Assembly (NCBI GenBank): GCA_030637025.1
Contig: DAOVVV010000020.1
Coordinates: forward strand, 1-49,327
Source of the DNA: Clostridia bacterium
Lineage (GTDB): Bacteria > CBDUZB01 > JAGLHV01
DNA: 49,327 nucleotides
Reading direction: 5' to 3'
The notes beneath the pieces are model-generated. The model searched no databases and was not told where the DNA came from. It saw nothing but the letters and a program-made list of their open reading frames with translations. The position numbers were made by a program, and so were the translations under genes. Numbering within the stretch: position 1 is the first letter of the stretch; each line of letters opens with the position of its first letter. Positions 28,698 to 39,073 of this stretch are shown here, piece by piece.

Positions 28698-30137
28698 ATG
28701 AAATTAAGAGACTTATTTATCTGTTTCTTTTCGATGTTTTTTTTAACGGCAGTAATTAAAGCTGAGGATATGCGTGTTCTTACCCTGGAAGATTGTATTG
28801 AATTGGGTGTAAAAAATAATTTCCAGATAAAAAAATCTAATTATGACCTTTTTTCTGCCCGGGAAGCAATCAAACAGGTTAAATCACAATATGAACCGCA
28901 AATAAACTGTCGGTTAGGGAGAACAGAGGTTAAAAACCAGGGAATGGAGGCAATGAGTGTTGAGAAAATAGAAAAAGATATGTTAAGCATCGGGTTGAAT
29001 AAAAAGTTTTATTCTTCTGGTGGTTTGTTGAGCCTTACCTGGGAGAATGAAAAGAGTGATAATAATTATACCTCCGGTAATTTTTCCGGATTAGCCAATC
29101 CGTCCTATGATTCCGATATGACTCTGGCTTATTCTCAACCTCTAATAAGCAATTTTGCCGGCAATAACGATAAAAAATATATCCAAATATCAAAATTTGG
29201 TGAGGGTATTGCTGAATTGTCCCTGAGAGCACAAAAAAATATTTTGTTAAATAGAATAGAAAATGCATATTTTGACCTTAATTTTTCCAGGAGAAACATT
29301 AAAATACAAAAAGTATTTTTAAAACGCAGTAAAAAGTTACTTTCCATTAATAAGAAAAAAATGAAAGATGGGCTGTTGGAGGAAGTCGATATAATTGCTA
29401 CCGAAGCTTCGGTAACTTTACGGGAGGCGGCAATTCTATTGGCTAAGGATTCTGTGCAAAATGCAAAGGATAAACTGAAGAATATAATTGGATTACCACA
29501 GGAAAATAATTATTCGTTTGCAACGGAGGATTTTGCTGATTTTAAGCATCAGGAATTGAATAAGGAAGAAGTTATTAAAACGGCGTTATTGGAAAGGCCT
29601 GACCTGAAAATAATTGAAAATAATATAAAAATAAATTTGCTTACTACTAAAATAAAGAGAAATGAGAAGCTGCCGTCATTGGCTCTGGATGGCCAGTATG
29701 GAGTAAGTGGTTACGGAGAGGATTGGAGTGATGATTATAATTCACTGGAACCATCCTGGTATGTAGGCTTAAATTTAGTTTTTTTTCCATTTAATAAACA
29801 AAGCAACAGTTTGATAAATCAAAGTGAGTATGCTTATAAAAAAAATATTACCGAATTGAGTGAGCAAAAATTTGCGATTATAACTGATTGCAGAAGTATT
29901 TGCCGAAGGATAAATACTCAGGCGTTATATGTCCAGGCCGTATATAAATCATTAAAATTACAGAAAAAGAAATTAAAATTAGAGGAAATAAAATTCAACC
30001 AGGGGCGTTCTTCCATTCAATGGATTTTGAACTTTCAGGATGATTTAAATCGTTCTGAAATTGAATATTATCAGGCATTGACTGATTATTATAAAGCAAA
30101 AGCCGATTTAAAAGTAATTACAGGAGTAAATAAATGA
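28698..30137 (+). CDS. TolC family outer-membrane efflux protein
   Basis: Signal peptide, LTLEDCI..G..NN, YSQPL, AL..RPDL, F.QG.S. ATG at 28698 follows AGGAG; the alternative start is 28677. Confidence 0.9.
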   Translation: MKLRDLFICFFSMFFLTAVIKAEDMRVLTLEDCIELGVKNNFQIKKSNYDLFSAREAIKQVKSQYEPQINCRLGRTEVKNQGMEAMSVEKIEKDMLSIGLNKKFYSSGGLLSLTWENEKSDNNYTSGNFSGLANPSYDSDMTLAYSQPLISNFAGNNDKKYIQISKFGEGIAELSLRAQKNILLNRIENAYFDLNFSRRNIKIQKVFLKRSKKLLSINKKKMKDGLLEEVDIIATEASVTLREAAILLAKDSVQNAKDKLKNIIGLPQENNYSFATEDFADFKHQELNKEEVIKTALLERPDLKIIENNIKINLLTTKIKRNEKLPSLALDGQYGVSGYGEDWSDDYNSLEPSWYVGLNLVFFPFNKQSNSLINQSEYAYKKNITELSEQKFAIITDCRSICRRINTQALYVQAVYKSLKLQKKKLKLEEIKFNQGRSSIQWILNFQDDLNRSEIEYYQALTDYYKAKADLKVITGVNK

Positions 30138-33100
30138 GTTTAGCTTCTTTTTCCATTAAACAAAAGGTGTTGGTTAACTTGCTTACCCTTATAGCTATTA
30201 TTGTGGGAACTATATGCACTTTTCGGATGCAACGGGAAGATTTTCCGGAAGTTAAGATTGATTATGTTTTTGTTTTAACTGTATATCCGGGGGCCTCTTC
30301 ACTGGAAGTAGAAAAACTAATTACTATTCCCATAGAAGATGCCTTAAAAGATATTGACGGGATAGATACTTTTAGTTCCGGTTCTCAAGAAGGAGTATCC
30401 TCTATCTTTATAGAATTAGAACCGGATTTATCCAATAGGGACAGGGTTATTACTGAAATAGCCAGAGAGGCAGATAAGGTTGTTCTTCCTGATGATGCGG
30501 AAGAACCCGATGTTGAAGAATTGGTGCTGGAGCATCCATTGATAGAGGTGTCTTTTACCGGAGAGAATGTTTCTGAAGACGAGTTGCGAGGGTATGCCAA
30601 AAATTTTGAGGATATAATAAAAAATATAAAAGGGATAGGTTCTGTTGATAGAGTGGGTTGGCGGGATAAGGAGATATCCATAGAGGTTGATCCGGCAAAT
30701 CTTGAAAAATATTATATTTCTTTAGCTCAGGTGATACGCAGTATCAGAAATCAGAATGTTAATCTCCCCGGTGGAAAACTTACTGCCGGAACAAAAGAAT
30801 TAATTCTTCGTACGGTAGGAGAAATAGAGGAGGCGGATGAATTCGGAGATATAATTATTCGTACAAATACCGATGGTAAATATTTGAGGGTAAAGGATGT
30901 AGCCAGGATAAGGGAAACATTTGAAGAACAGGAGACACTATACAAAACTAACGGAAAAATATCCATAAACCTGATTCCTAAAAGAAAAAAAAGCGGGGAT
31001 ACAATAAAATTGGTGGACGAAATAAGAAAAGAAGCCGAAGAATACCGTAAAGTTTTACCGGAAAATGTATCCATAGATTTTGTGAATGATATAGCTTTTT
31101 ATGTGAAACGGCGTTTAAATGTGCTTACTTCTAACGGAATGATTGGATTGGTATTATTAGTACTTACCTTGCTTTTATTTCTCAATGTACGTGTTGCCCT
31201 GGTTACGGCAATGGGCATTCCTTTTGCTTTTTTAACTGCTATTATTTTTATGTCTTTTTTTGGTGTGACCTTAAATTTGCTTACTATGTTTGGCCTTATT
31301 TTGGTTTTGGGAATGATTGTCGACGATGCTATTGTTGTTTCGGAGAATGTGTATCGTTATATGGAAGCCGGCATGCCTCCCAAAGAGGCGGCGATAAGGG
31401 GGTCTGCTGAAGTTGCTGCTCCGGTAACCACTACCATTCTTACTACTACGGCTGCCTTTTTACCTCTAATGTTTATTTCCGGTATAATGGGTAAATTTTT
31501 GCGTGTTTTTCCGATGGGGGTTATTTTCTGTCTTGCTGCTTCACTTTTTGAAGCATTGATAATTTTACCCTCGCATTTAGCCGAATGGGTAAAGCCGTTA
31601 AAAAGCAAAGAAGAATTAGGGGTAGCTAATGGATATTTGGGAGAAAAAAAACATAGATCATGGTTAGTAAAGGTACTATTTTTTCCTATTACTGTTTTGT
31701 TGGCTTTGAAACATTATTTATTTTCCCATGAAAGAAAGGGCAGTGAATCAGGATGGTTCCAAAAAATACTTACTGCCTATACAAAAATACTTCATTTTAG
31801 TGTGAACAGTCGTTATAAAATGTGCTTGGGTGCGTTAATTATACTTGTTGGAGCGATAATTTTTTCGATAAAAGTAATGCCCTTTAAACTTTTTCCCGGT
31901 GTTATTGAAATTTTTTATGTAAGAATAGAAACGCCTGAAGGGACTTCCCTGCAGGAAACTAATAGAGCAATTTCTAAGATAGAACAGTTTATTTTACAGT
32001 TACCCAAAGAAGAACTGGAAAATGTTACAACCACAGTCGGTTTTGTCGGAGAGATAGGAGGCGGGCCATTTGATAAAAATGGAAGTAAATATGCTCAGTG
32101 TGTAGTATATTTAACCCCACAGCAGAATAGAACACGGGATGCAGATAGCATTATCACTGCTTTAAGAAAAGAAGTAGAGGGAAAAAAGATACCCGATTTA
32201 GTTAATTTAACCTTTGAAAAGTTAAGAGAAGGTCCTCCGGTAGGTAAACCGGTATCTATCCAAATACGCGGTGATGATTATTCCGTTCTTACGGAGATAT
32301 CGGGAAAAATGGAAACATTTATGAAAACAATAGACGGGGTAGAAGACATTAAGGACGATTATGAATTGGATAAAGAAGAAATACAAATATATATTGATAA
32401 AAAAGAATCAGCAAGGCTAGGATTAAGTGTCCTTCAAATTGCCGGGACAATCAGGTTTGCTTTTGAAGGTGGGGTGGCTACCACGATGAGAAGAGAAGAC
32501 GAAGATATTGAGGTAATTGTCAGGCTTCCGCAGAAATATAAAAATGATATAAAAACATTGGAAAATTTAAGTATACCCAATAGGGAAGATAGGTTGATTA
32601 AATTAAATAAGGTTGCTTATTTTAAAAAACATCAGGGAATAAGAAAATTAAACCATGAAGATGGAAGACGGACAGTAACTATTACGGCTAATATAGATGA
32701 AAATAAAACAACTGCCATTGCTGCTAATATAAAAATAATTAATAAATTTAATAATATCCCACAGGAATATCCGGGATATAATCTAAAAACCGGTGGTGAA
32801 TGGGAGGACACTACAGAATCAATCCAATCAATGTTTCGGGCATTTGGGATTGCCTTTATGCTTATTTATCTGATTTTAGCCGTTCAATTCCGTTCCTATA
32901 TCCAGCCGTTGATAATAATGTTATCGGTTCCCTTTGGAATAGTCGGAGTTATTGCAGCTCTTTTTTTGCATGGTCAGCCGGTGAGTATTATGTCCATGTT
33001 TGGTGTTATTGGTTTAACCGGGGTAGTGGTTAATGATTCATTGATTTTAGTGGATTTTATCAATAAACTTAAAGAAAAAGGGGCGGAAGTGACGACGGCG

Positions 33101-33343
33101 GTATTAGAAGCCGGACGGACCAGATTAAGACCGATTTTACTAACCTCAATAACGACTATTATTGCCTTATTGCCTCTTATTTATGGTATTGGAGGGGAGG
33201 AACCATTTTTAGTGCCGGCAGCAATTGCAATGGCTTATGGTTTGTTAGCCGCTACCTTTTTAACCTTAATAATAGTGCCCTGTGTGTATCTAATCACTGA
33301 AGATGTTACCCGTTTAGTAAATGGCAGGAATAAAAACAACTAA
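30134..33343 (+). CDS. RND efflux permease (AcrB/AcrD/AcrF family)
   Basis: YPGAS..EVE..IT.PIE, GMIVDDAIVVSEN, GVVVNDS, RLRPILLTS. Overlaps the TolC stop codon. Confidence 0.96.
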   Translation: MSLASFSIKQKVLVNLLTLIAIIVGTICTFRMQREDFPEVKIDYVFVLTVYPGASSLEVEKLITIPIEDALKDIDGIDTFSSGSQEGVSSIFIELEPDLSNRDRVITEIAREADKVVLPDDAEEPDVEELVLEHPLIEVSFTGENVSEDELRGYAKNFEDIIKNIKGIGSVDRVGWRDKEISIEVDPANLEKYYISLAQVIRSIRNQNVNLPGGKLTAGTKELILRTVGEIEEADEFGDIIIRTNTDGKYLRVKDVARIRETFEEQETLYKTNGKISINLIPKRKKSGDTIKLVDEIRKEAEEYRKVLPENVSIDFVNDIAFYVKRRLNVLTSNGMIGLVLLVLTLLLFLNVRVALVTAMGIPFAFLTAIIFMSFFGVTLNLLTMFGLILVLGMIVDDAIVVSENVYRYMEAGMPPKEAAIRGSAEVAAPVTTTILTTTAAFLPLMFISGIMGKFLRVFPMGVIFCLAASLFEALIILPSHLAEWVKPLKSKEELGVANGYLGEKKHRSWLVKVLFFPITVLLALKHYLFSHERKGSESGWFQKILTAYTKILHFSVNSRYKMCLGALIILVGAIIFSIKVMPFKLFPGVIEIFYVRIETPEGTSLQETNRAISKIEQFILQLPKEELENVTTTVGFVGEIGGGPFDKNGSKYAQCVVYLTPQQNRTRDADSIITALRKEVEGKKIPDLVNLTFEKLREGPPVGKPVSIQIRGDDYSVLTEISGKMETFMKTIDGVEDIKDDYELDKEEIQIYIDKKESARLGLSVLQIAGTIRFAFEGGVATTMRREDEDIEVIVRLPQKYKNDIKTLENLSIPNREDRLIKLNKVAYFKKHQGIRKLNHEDGRRTVTITANIDENKTTAIAANIKIINKFNNIPQEYPGYNLKTGGEWEDTTESIQSMFRAFGIAFMLIYLILAVQFRSYIQPLIIMLSVPFGIVGVIAALFLHGQPVSIMSMFGVIGLTGVVVNDSLILVDFINKLKEKGAEVTTAVLEAGRTRLRPILLTSITTIIALLPLIYGIGGEEPFLVPAAIAMAYGLLAATFLTLIIVPCVYLITEDVTRLVNGRNKNN

Positions 33344-33397
33344 AAAGGGGATTTTTTCTATACAGATTATGTCATAACTCTGATTTTTAAAGTAATT

Positions 33398-33680
33398 GTA
33401 GGGGCGACATTTATGACGCCCGTCAAAAAGAGTATTTATTAGCTCAATCCTTTGATTATCCTCAGCACAACTTCATTGAGTACCAATATTAATTATGACA
33501 CAGTGTATTATTAATAGTTACAGGAATTTTATCCATTTCCTTACTCCAAAGTTTATTTTCTACTACATCGTCTTTTTTGTAGGGTACGGATCCTTCGGCT
33601 CCGCTCAGAACAAGTTCATCTGTCCCGGAAAAAACAGGTTTAGTATTGTCTTTTTTGTAGGGGACGGATTTATCCGTCCC
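33398..33680. repeat. Cluster of GTAG-type REP palindromes
   Basis: GTAGGGGCGACATTTATGACGCCC (33398-33421), AGCTCAAT..ATTGAGT (33441-33481), GTAGGGTACGG..CTGTCCC (33579-33626), GTAGGGGACGGATTTATCCGTCCC (33657-33680). Confidence 0.8.
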
Positions 33681-33831
33681 GAAGAAAACGTCACTTTCCT
33701 TTACAATAACAATTTAATTGACTTTATATCTAAGTTCTATTAAAATCACCTTATGGAAAAAACCCAGGCAAAACACAACATATTTCTATTAATTAAAAAA
33801 TACGAAATAATTATTTATAAAGGAAAATTTC

Positions 33832-34095
33832 GTGAATAAACAAAAAGCAAAACAACAAATTCAAAAGCTTGCGACTTTTCCGATACCAAACACAAGTCAA
33901 GGCAAGCAAGAAAAAATTGCCAAGAAATCGCAAACAATGCTTGATCTTAATAAAGAATTACAAACAATTTCTGCCAATACCGATAAACATAATTCGCTAA
34001 AACGGGAAATTGAAAAGCTTGACTGTAAAATTGACGAGGCAATTTATAAACTTTATGGACTTACTGATGAAGATATTAGAATAATTGAACAATAA
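33832..34095 (+). pseudogene. Internally deleted type IIG restriction-modification gene (N-terminal ~13 aa fused to C-terminal ~74 aa)
   Basis: MNKQKAKQQIQKL resembles type IIG N-termini, and L.TFPIP...ID..IYKLYGLT.EDI.IIE is the characteristic type IIG C-terminus. No nuclease or methyltransferase motifs remain. Confidence 0.7.
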
Positions 34096-34360
34096 TATTG
34101 TTTATGTTCGAAATAAAAAGAATGCAAGATTAAGGTTAAAAACTTTACGTGAGATAAAATTAAAAACATGTTTCTATTGATGATTCTATTAAATTTTTAG
34201 AAATCCTCAATAAGAAAACAATAAACGACAAAGACTTTGTTCAAATAGTTGTCCATAACCAATTTCTTAAACCTAAAATTAAATTTGAAGATTTTAAACG
34301 GTTGACCAATGAAGATTTAACAAACTTACTATCAAAACTTATGAGGTAAAAAAACTGGGA

Positions 34361-35248
34361 ATGATAAGAAATAATCTTGAGTCTATAATTAGATTTATAC
34401 AAACATTTAACAAAAATCATACCTCAGTAGCTCGAAAAGTAATTGGTGCAAGTTCATACATTAAGGAATTTTCACAAAAAACAGCAAAGATTGCTGAATC
34501 AATGCAACAATTTAATTTATGGGTAGAGCAAAATAAATTTATTTTTGAAAACACAGAAAAATTTTGGACAGATTTTAAGAAGGAATGCAAAATAACCGAG
34601 AAAAAAGCAGTTGATGTGCTTCAGAAATATAAATGGTTCGTTACGCCGAGCTTTGATATAAGCTTTGTTTTTAAAATAATACAATTGGATAAAAAAAAAG
34701 GTCGGCATGATAAAACAGTAAACAAACTCTTTATTGATTATTTTTCATCAAATAATTGGCAAAAGTTAGAAGTAATGGTTGACAATTGGAGGAATAAACC
34801 TCTTTTTAAAAAGAGAAGTATAATTTTAAGGGATTGTATTAAAGTATTAAAACAATTACGGGGTAAAAAGATTAATGAATCAAATGTTATTTTACCCACA
34901 TTAATTGCTCAGATCGATGGGATATTGACAGATTACCTGGTGTCGAAAAACATTAAATGGGATGTAGCTTACGATGATTATGTTCAGCATGGAAAAGTCA
35001 CAAAAATTGGTAGAAAAAGTCAATTTAAAAGAAATACGTCAAAGGTTTTAACAACACAATTTGATGATATTGCAAATGACTTTTTTTTGAATATTCTGTT
35101 TCAACACTCAAATAAAGGATACCCATTAAAAAGACCTTTTAATTTTAATAGACACAAGATTATCCATGGAGGAAGCGTGAAATATGGCAGGAAGGTTTAT
35201 TTAATACGGGCATTTTTAATTTTAGACTTTTTGGCTTACTTGAAATAG
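34361..35248 (+). CDS. Hypothetical protein with C-terminal HEPN-like RxxxxH motif
   Basis: ILP.LIAQIDGIL...FNRHKIIHG (35150-35170)...AFLILDFL. Confidence 0.65.
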   Translation: MIRNNLESIIRFIQTFNKNHTSVARKVIGASSYIKEFSQKTAKIAESMQQFNLWVEQNKFIFENTEKFWTDFKKECKITEKKAVDVLQKYKWFVTPSFDISFVFKIIQLDKKKGRHDKTVNKLFIDYFSSNNWQKLEVMVDNWRNKPLFKKRSIILRDCIKVLKQLRGKKINESNVILPTLIAQIDGILTDYLVSKNIKWDVAYDDYVQHGKVTKIGRKSQFKRNTSKVLTTQFDDIANDFFLNILFQHSNKGYPLKRPFNFNRHKIIHGGSVKYGRKVYLIRAFLILDFLAYLK

Positions 35249-35341
35249 AAAAAATAGTCAATCTATTGACCAAAAAATTTATAAGTTTTATGGACTAACA
35301 GGGGAAGAAATTAAAATTATTAAAAGTGAGCAAAAATAATT

Positions 35342-36505
35342 ATGGATAATCCCACTCAAAACGAACATATTGAACAACTATGGCAAGACTTAAAAGAAGG
35401 TGAGTCGTGGCATATAGAATTTAAAGATTATAATTTCGAGAAATTGTCAGAAGATAAATGTGTTGATGAATGGAAAAGAGACTTATCACATGAATTTGCT
35501 GCAATAGGTTCAAGAGGAGGAAGGATATATATAGGTATTGCGAATAATGGAGAAGTAAATGGGATTAAAGGTTCTCATCAAATTTGGCAAGAAAAATTAT
35601 TTGAAAGGTGCTTAGGAAATATAAAACCAAAAATCATTTGGAAATCTTATCTATTTAATGTCCCAAGTTCTAAATTGGATCTTATTAAAATTGAAATAAC
35701 AAAAGGAGAGCCTATTTATTATGTTCAAGGCAAACCTTATATTAGAGAGGGAACGAAATCACACCCTGCAGAACCAGAAGAAGTAAAAGAAAGATTTAAA
35801 GAATATTTTTCGAAAGATATACCCGTTGGTAAAGTTGGTAAAGATGAACAGAATGAAGAAAAATCTCAGATTATTTCTTGGATATTTCATACTATTTTGG
35901 ATATTCTCATTATCACAAATCTTTATCAAGAAAAACAGGTTAATCCACAATTAGATGTTTTGAAATATGAAGTTGAAAAAACAAGAAATGACATTGAAAA
36001 TAATTTGAGTAATATAAAGAAAATATTTGGTGAGGAATCGGATTATTGGAAAAAGTTAGAGTTAATATCTTCTGAAATATTGTCTGCCATGAATATCCAA
36101 TTTATGATAGATGGTGGCAAGAGCTGGAATAAGTGGTTAGAACATATTAAAAAAATCAATCAAATAACAAGTGAACTTTTGGATTTATTAAAAACGGATA
36201 TAAATATTGAAATTAAAGATTTAGAACAACAAAAAGTTTTTGTAAAAGAAAAGTTATTGAGATGGTTAGATTCAATTGATGATTACCATCTTAATAATTT
36301 TGTTTATGATGGCTCGGATTATTCTCGTTTATTACTAAGGTTATATTTTTTACAGTTAGTGAAGTTAGGGGAAATTGAAGTGCAAGAATACAGAAATGTG
36401 GCCGAAAAAATTGAGAAGTTAAGTTGGGCAAGAACTAATGTGGGTTATCAAAATATTATTGAATCTATTCCCGTATTAAAGGAAGAAATTAAAAAATTAA
36501 AATGA
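35342..36505 (+). CDS. Schlafen/AlbA_2 domain protein with unknown helical C-terminal domain
   Basis: GESWHIEFKD...FAAIGSRGGRIYIGIANNGEV.GI...YIREG. Confidence 0.85.
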   Translation: MDNPTQNEHIEQLWQDLKEGESWHIEFKDYNFEKLSEDKCVDEWKRDLSHEFAAIGSRGGRIYIGIANNGEVNGIKGSHQIWQEKLFERCLGNIKPKIIWKSYLFNVPSSKLDLIKIEITKGEPIYYVQGKPYIREGTKSHPAEPEEVKERFKEYFSKDIPVGKVGKDEQNEEKSQIISWIFHTILDILIITNLYQEKQVNPQLDVLKYEVEKTRNDIENNLSNIKKIFGEESDYWKKLELISSEILSAMNIQFMIDGGKSWNKWLEHIKKINQITSELLDLLKTDINIEIKDLEQQKVFVKEKLLRWLDSIDDYHLNNFVYDGSDYSRLLLRLYFLQLVKLGEIEVQEYRNVAEKIEKLSWARTNVGYQNIIESIPVLKEEIKKLK

Positions 36506-37332
36506 AGAAATCAGAACAATTGAGCGAAAATAAAAGAAGCGATCAAAAATCAGTAAATATAAAATTATTGCCTGCAGATTTTTGGATTTATTCAAACCCA
36601 ATTATTCTTATGATGAATTTTAAAGGTGGAAAAAGAGCAGAAGCGGGACAATGGTCGCTTGAAATACAAAAAATGTTGCGAGGCATTGTTGAAAGCGTTA
36701 TTGGTTTGGAAAATTTGATGAATCAATTGGCTAGTAACAAAAAAATTTATCTTGAAAATCAAGAAATTCTTATTTCTGATGAGAAAAAATATTGGCTTAT
36801 GATTTATTTAGTTGATAATGCGATTTTGAGAATTTATGCTTGTTTGGACAAAATTGCCCAAATGTGCCGTTGTTATTTCGAGCATAAAGAAAATGGGGGG
36901 GCGTTGGAAGCTATAAGAAAATGTGGTTGTACAGAAACAATGAACGAGGATAATTGTAATTTTGGCAGTTTAATAACTTACCTTAATTCCGGTAAAAATA
37001 AAAATCAGAGAAAATTAGAAATCGTAGAAACGCTTAATAAAATTAACAACAATAAAAGTATATCAATTTTGCGAGCATATCGAAACACCTTTTCACATAA
37101 AAAACATGCTATTGATCAAACTGCTGGGATTGATCCCAAAGTTTGTTCAGAGTATAAACCGGACGGAACAGTAGAAACGCAATTTAGTTTTGGCGAACAA
37201 TTACCTTCGTTAAATTGGTTTAGAGTTGAGCTTGTTAATGCAAACAATGCCATAATTAAAGGTTTAGCAATAATTCAAAACATAATTTTTCCAAGAGATT
37301 TTAATATTACAATTTCTAAAAAATCAAAGTAG
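36502..37332 (+). CDS. HEPN domain protein (Cthe_2314-like)
   Basis: DNAILRIYACLDKIAQ...RAYRNTFSH (RxxxxH at 37081-37098). ATGA overlap with the upstream gene. Confidence 0.75.
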   Translation: MKKSEQLSENKRSDQKSVNIKLLPADFWIYSNPIILMMNFKGGKRAEAGQWSLEIQKMLRGIVESVIGLENLMNQLASNKKIYLENQEILISDEKKYWLMIYLVDNAILRIYACLDKIAQMCRCYFEHKENGGALEAIRKCGCTETMNEDNCNFGSLITYLNSGKNKNQRKLEIVETLNKINNNKSISILRAYRNTFSHKKHAIDQTAGIDPKVCSEYKPDGTVETQFSFGEQLPSLNWFRVELVNANNAIIKGLAIIQNIIFPRDFNITISKKSK

Positions 37333-37521
37333 TTGGGACGGCAGCTTCCTAATTTTCTAAAGTTACGAAGGTCAAGTAATCTACGAGTGATAGTTGCTGG
37401 CACGTCTGTCTACCGAAACTTTGTGCAGGCGGAAAAAATTACGGTGGCGAAAAAGAACAATCGGAAATCGGTAAACTTTATCGGTTTATACTTGAATCGT
37501 AAAAAAAGTAAGAAGATATAA

Positions 37522-37645
37522 AATACAGACAAGTACACTCGTTTGAAAGCGAGAAATTAAAAAGCTTGACCGTGAAATTGACGAGGCAACTTATAAACTC
37601 TATGGACTTACAAATGAAGAAATTAAAACAATTGAAAAGTCATAA
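37522..37645 (+). repeat. Second, frameshifted copy of the type IIG R-M gene 3' end
   Basis: AAAAGCTTGAC.GT.AAATTGACGAGGCAA.TTATAAACT.TATGGACTTAC...TGAAGA matches 33976-34095. Confidence 0.85.
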
Positions 37646-37646
37646 T

Positions 37647-38501
37647 GTGTTAGATCAAAATGATTTAAAGAACATATTTTTAGAGAATGCACCTGAACGC
37701 TATAATCGTGAAGCACTCGATGTGCTTTTTCATCGCACGATAAATGACCACATTGATAGTACCGAAGCCCTTTTTCTTACAAGAGTTAACGACTTTAAGA
37801 AAAATATTAATAAAGGAAAAAAAAGTTGGCTTTCACTTTTTGCCGAAATCCATTCCCGTTATATGCTCGCAGAAAGCATAAAGAAAAATGGCGGGAAAGT
37901 ACTGTTTTCAAAAAAAGACGAAAACGATTTGCATATTCAAAAAAATAAAGGTAATGTTTCTGTGGAAGTAAAAGCAATAATGCCTTCGGATTTTCAGCTT
38001 GATTATGATAATTTCTTGAAAGAAGTAAGGAATATTCCCTCTGGCAAGATTGTTTCTATTAGGGTTAAAAACAGCAATAATGATAGAAACGAGATTTTTA
38101 ACAATATCAAGAACAAATTGCAAAATCTGAATGATGATTATTCCAATGATGATTTTGAGATCAAGTTTATCAACGACTCGCGGGATCAAAACAAAACAGC
38201 TTTTATTGGACCACCATTATGTTTATGGATAAAGCAAGAAGACTTAATAAAAGTGATAAAGCAAAAACTGAGGGACAAACCAAAGCAAATTAAAAAAGCA
38301 AACATTATTTTTTTTTACTCTTTCCATAATATGTTTGATTCTGAGGATTTTTGCGAAGCGATAAAAACAATTTCTACAGAACTTCAAACTATTGATAATA
38401 AAAAAATTTTATTTTTTACGCCATGGAATCGTGGGCGTCTGATTGCTATTATAAAAGAAAATGAAGAGTGGATTATAAAAAATATTGAAGATATTGTTTA
38501 A
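37647..38501 (+). CDS. PD-(D/E)XK-like nuclease-fold hypothetical protein
   Basis: FAEI..(E), NDLHI (D), VEVK (ExK). GTG at 37647 sits right after the R-M remnant stop. The ORF-track start at 37566 lies inside the repeat. Confidence 0.55.
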   Translation: MLDQNDLKNIFLENAPERYNREALDVLFHRTINDHIDSTEALFLTRVNDFKKNINKGKKSWLSLFAEIHSRYMLAESIKKNGGKVLFSKKDENDLHIQKNKGNVSVEVKAIMPSDFQLDYDNFLKEVRNIPSGKIVSIRVKNSNNDRNEIFNNIKNKLQNLNDDYSNDDFEIKFINDSRDQNKTAFIGPPLCLWIKQEDLIKVIKQKLRDKPKQIKKANIIFFYSFHNMFDSEDFCEAIKTISTELQTIDNKKILFFTPWNRGRLIAIIKENEEWIIKNIEDIV

Positions 38502-38584
38502 ATTTTAGATGGCGGTGCGCTATCTTCATTGGCACGAAAAATTGCGGCGTAAAAAGCGAAGGAGGGAGAAAAACATTTTAAACT

Positions 38585-39073
38585 ATGATACAACTTCCAG
38601 ATACTAAAATATTTATTGGCTCAATGAACGATATTGCTCAAACAAACGACCGAGATTGGGCTTTTGTACATGCGACACAATCGATCCATTATAAAATCTT
38701 TGGTTGGAATAGGACAACAAACAAGCCCAACAAAAGTCATCCTAACTATATCTTTTATGAAAAAGGTAATAGGCTTTCGTTAAACTGGGTTGATGGTGCC
38801 GCTCATCTTTATAATTGGAGCGGAGTTGAAACATTTAATAAAATTCTTGATTTTATAGAAAAATGGAGCGATCAAAGAAAAATTTTAATTCATTGTGATC
38901 AAGGGCAGTCAAGAGCACCTACGGTTGGTTTGCTTTATTTAGCTAAAAGGCTTAAAATTATTCCTAATGATTGTTTTATATCTGCTAAAAATGAGTTTAT
39001 AAAACTATACTTGAATTATTCGCCGAGCGGGATAGGTAATTATGTGGATAATAAATGGGAAGAAATTAGTTGA
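38585..39073 (+). CDS. Dual-specificity/tyrosine phosphatase family protein
   Basis: ILIHCDQGQSRA (HCX5R P-loop) with upstream WVD general acid; GGAGG upstream. Confidence 0.9.
   Translation: MIQLPDTKIFIGSMNDIAQTNDRDWAFVHATQSIHYKIFGWNRTTNKPNKSHPNYIFYEKGNRLSLNWVDGAAHLYNWSGVETFNKILDFIEKWSDQRKILIHCDQGQSRAPTVGLLYLAKRLKIIPNDCFISAKNEFIKLYLNYSPSGIGNYVDNKWEEIS

Noticed and set aside
33495..33743. 82-aa ORF
   Set aside because: Runs through REP palindromes with no RBS or protein motif.
37333..37521. 62-aa ORF / possible integron attC site
   Set aside because: No motif, no clear RYYYAAC..GTTRRRY paired structure, and no integron integrase in the window.
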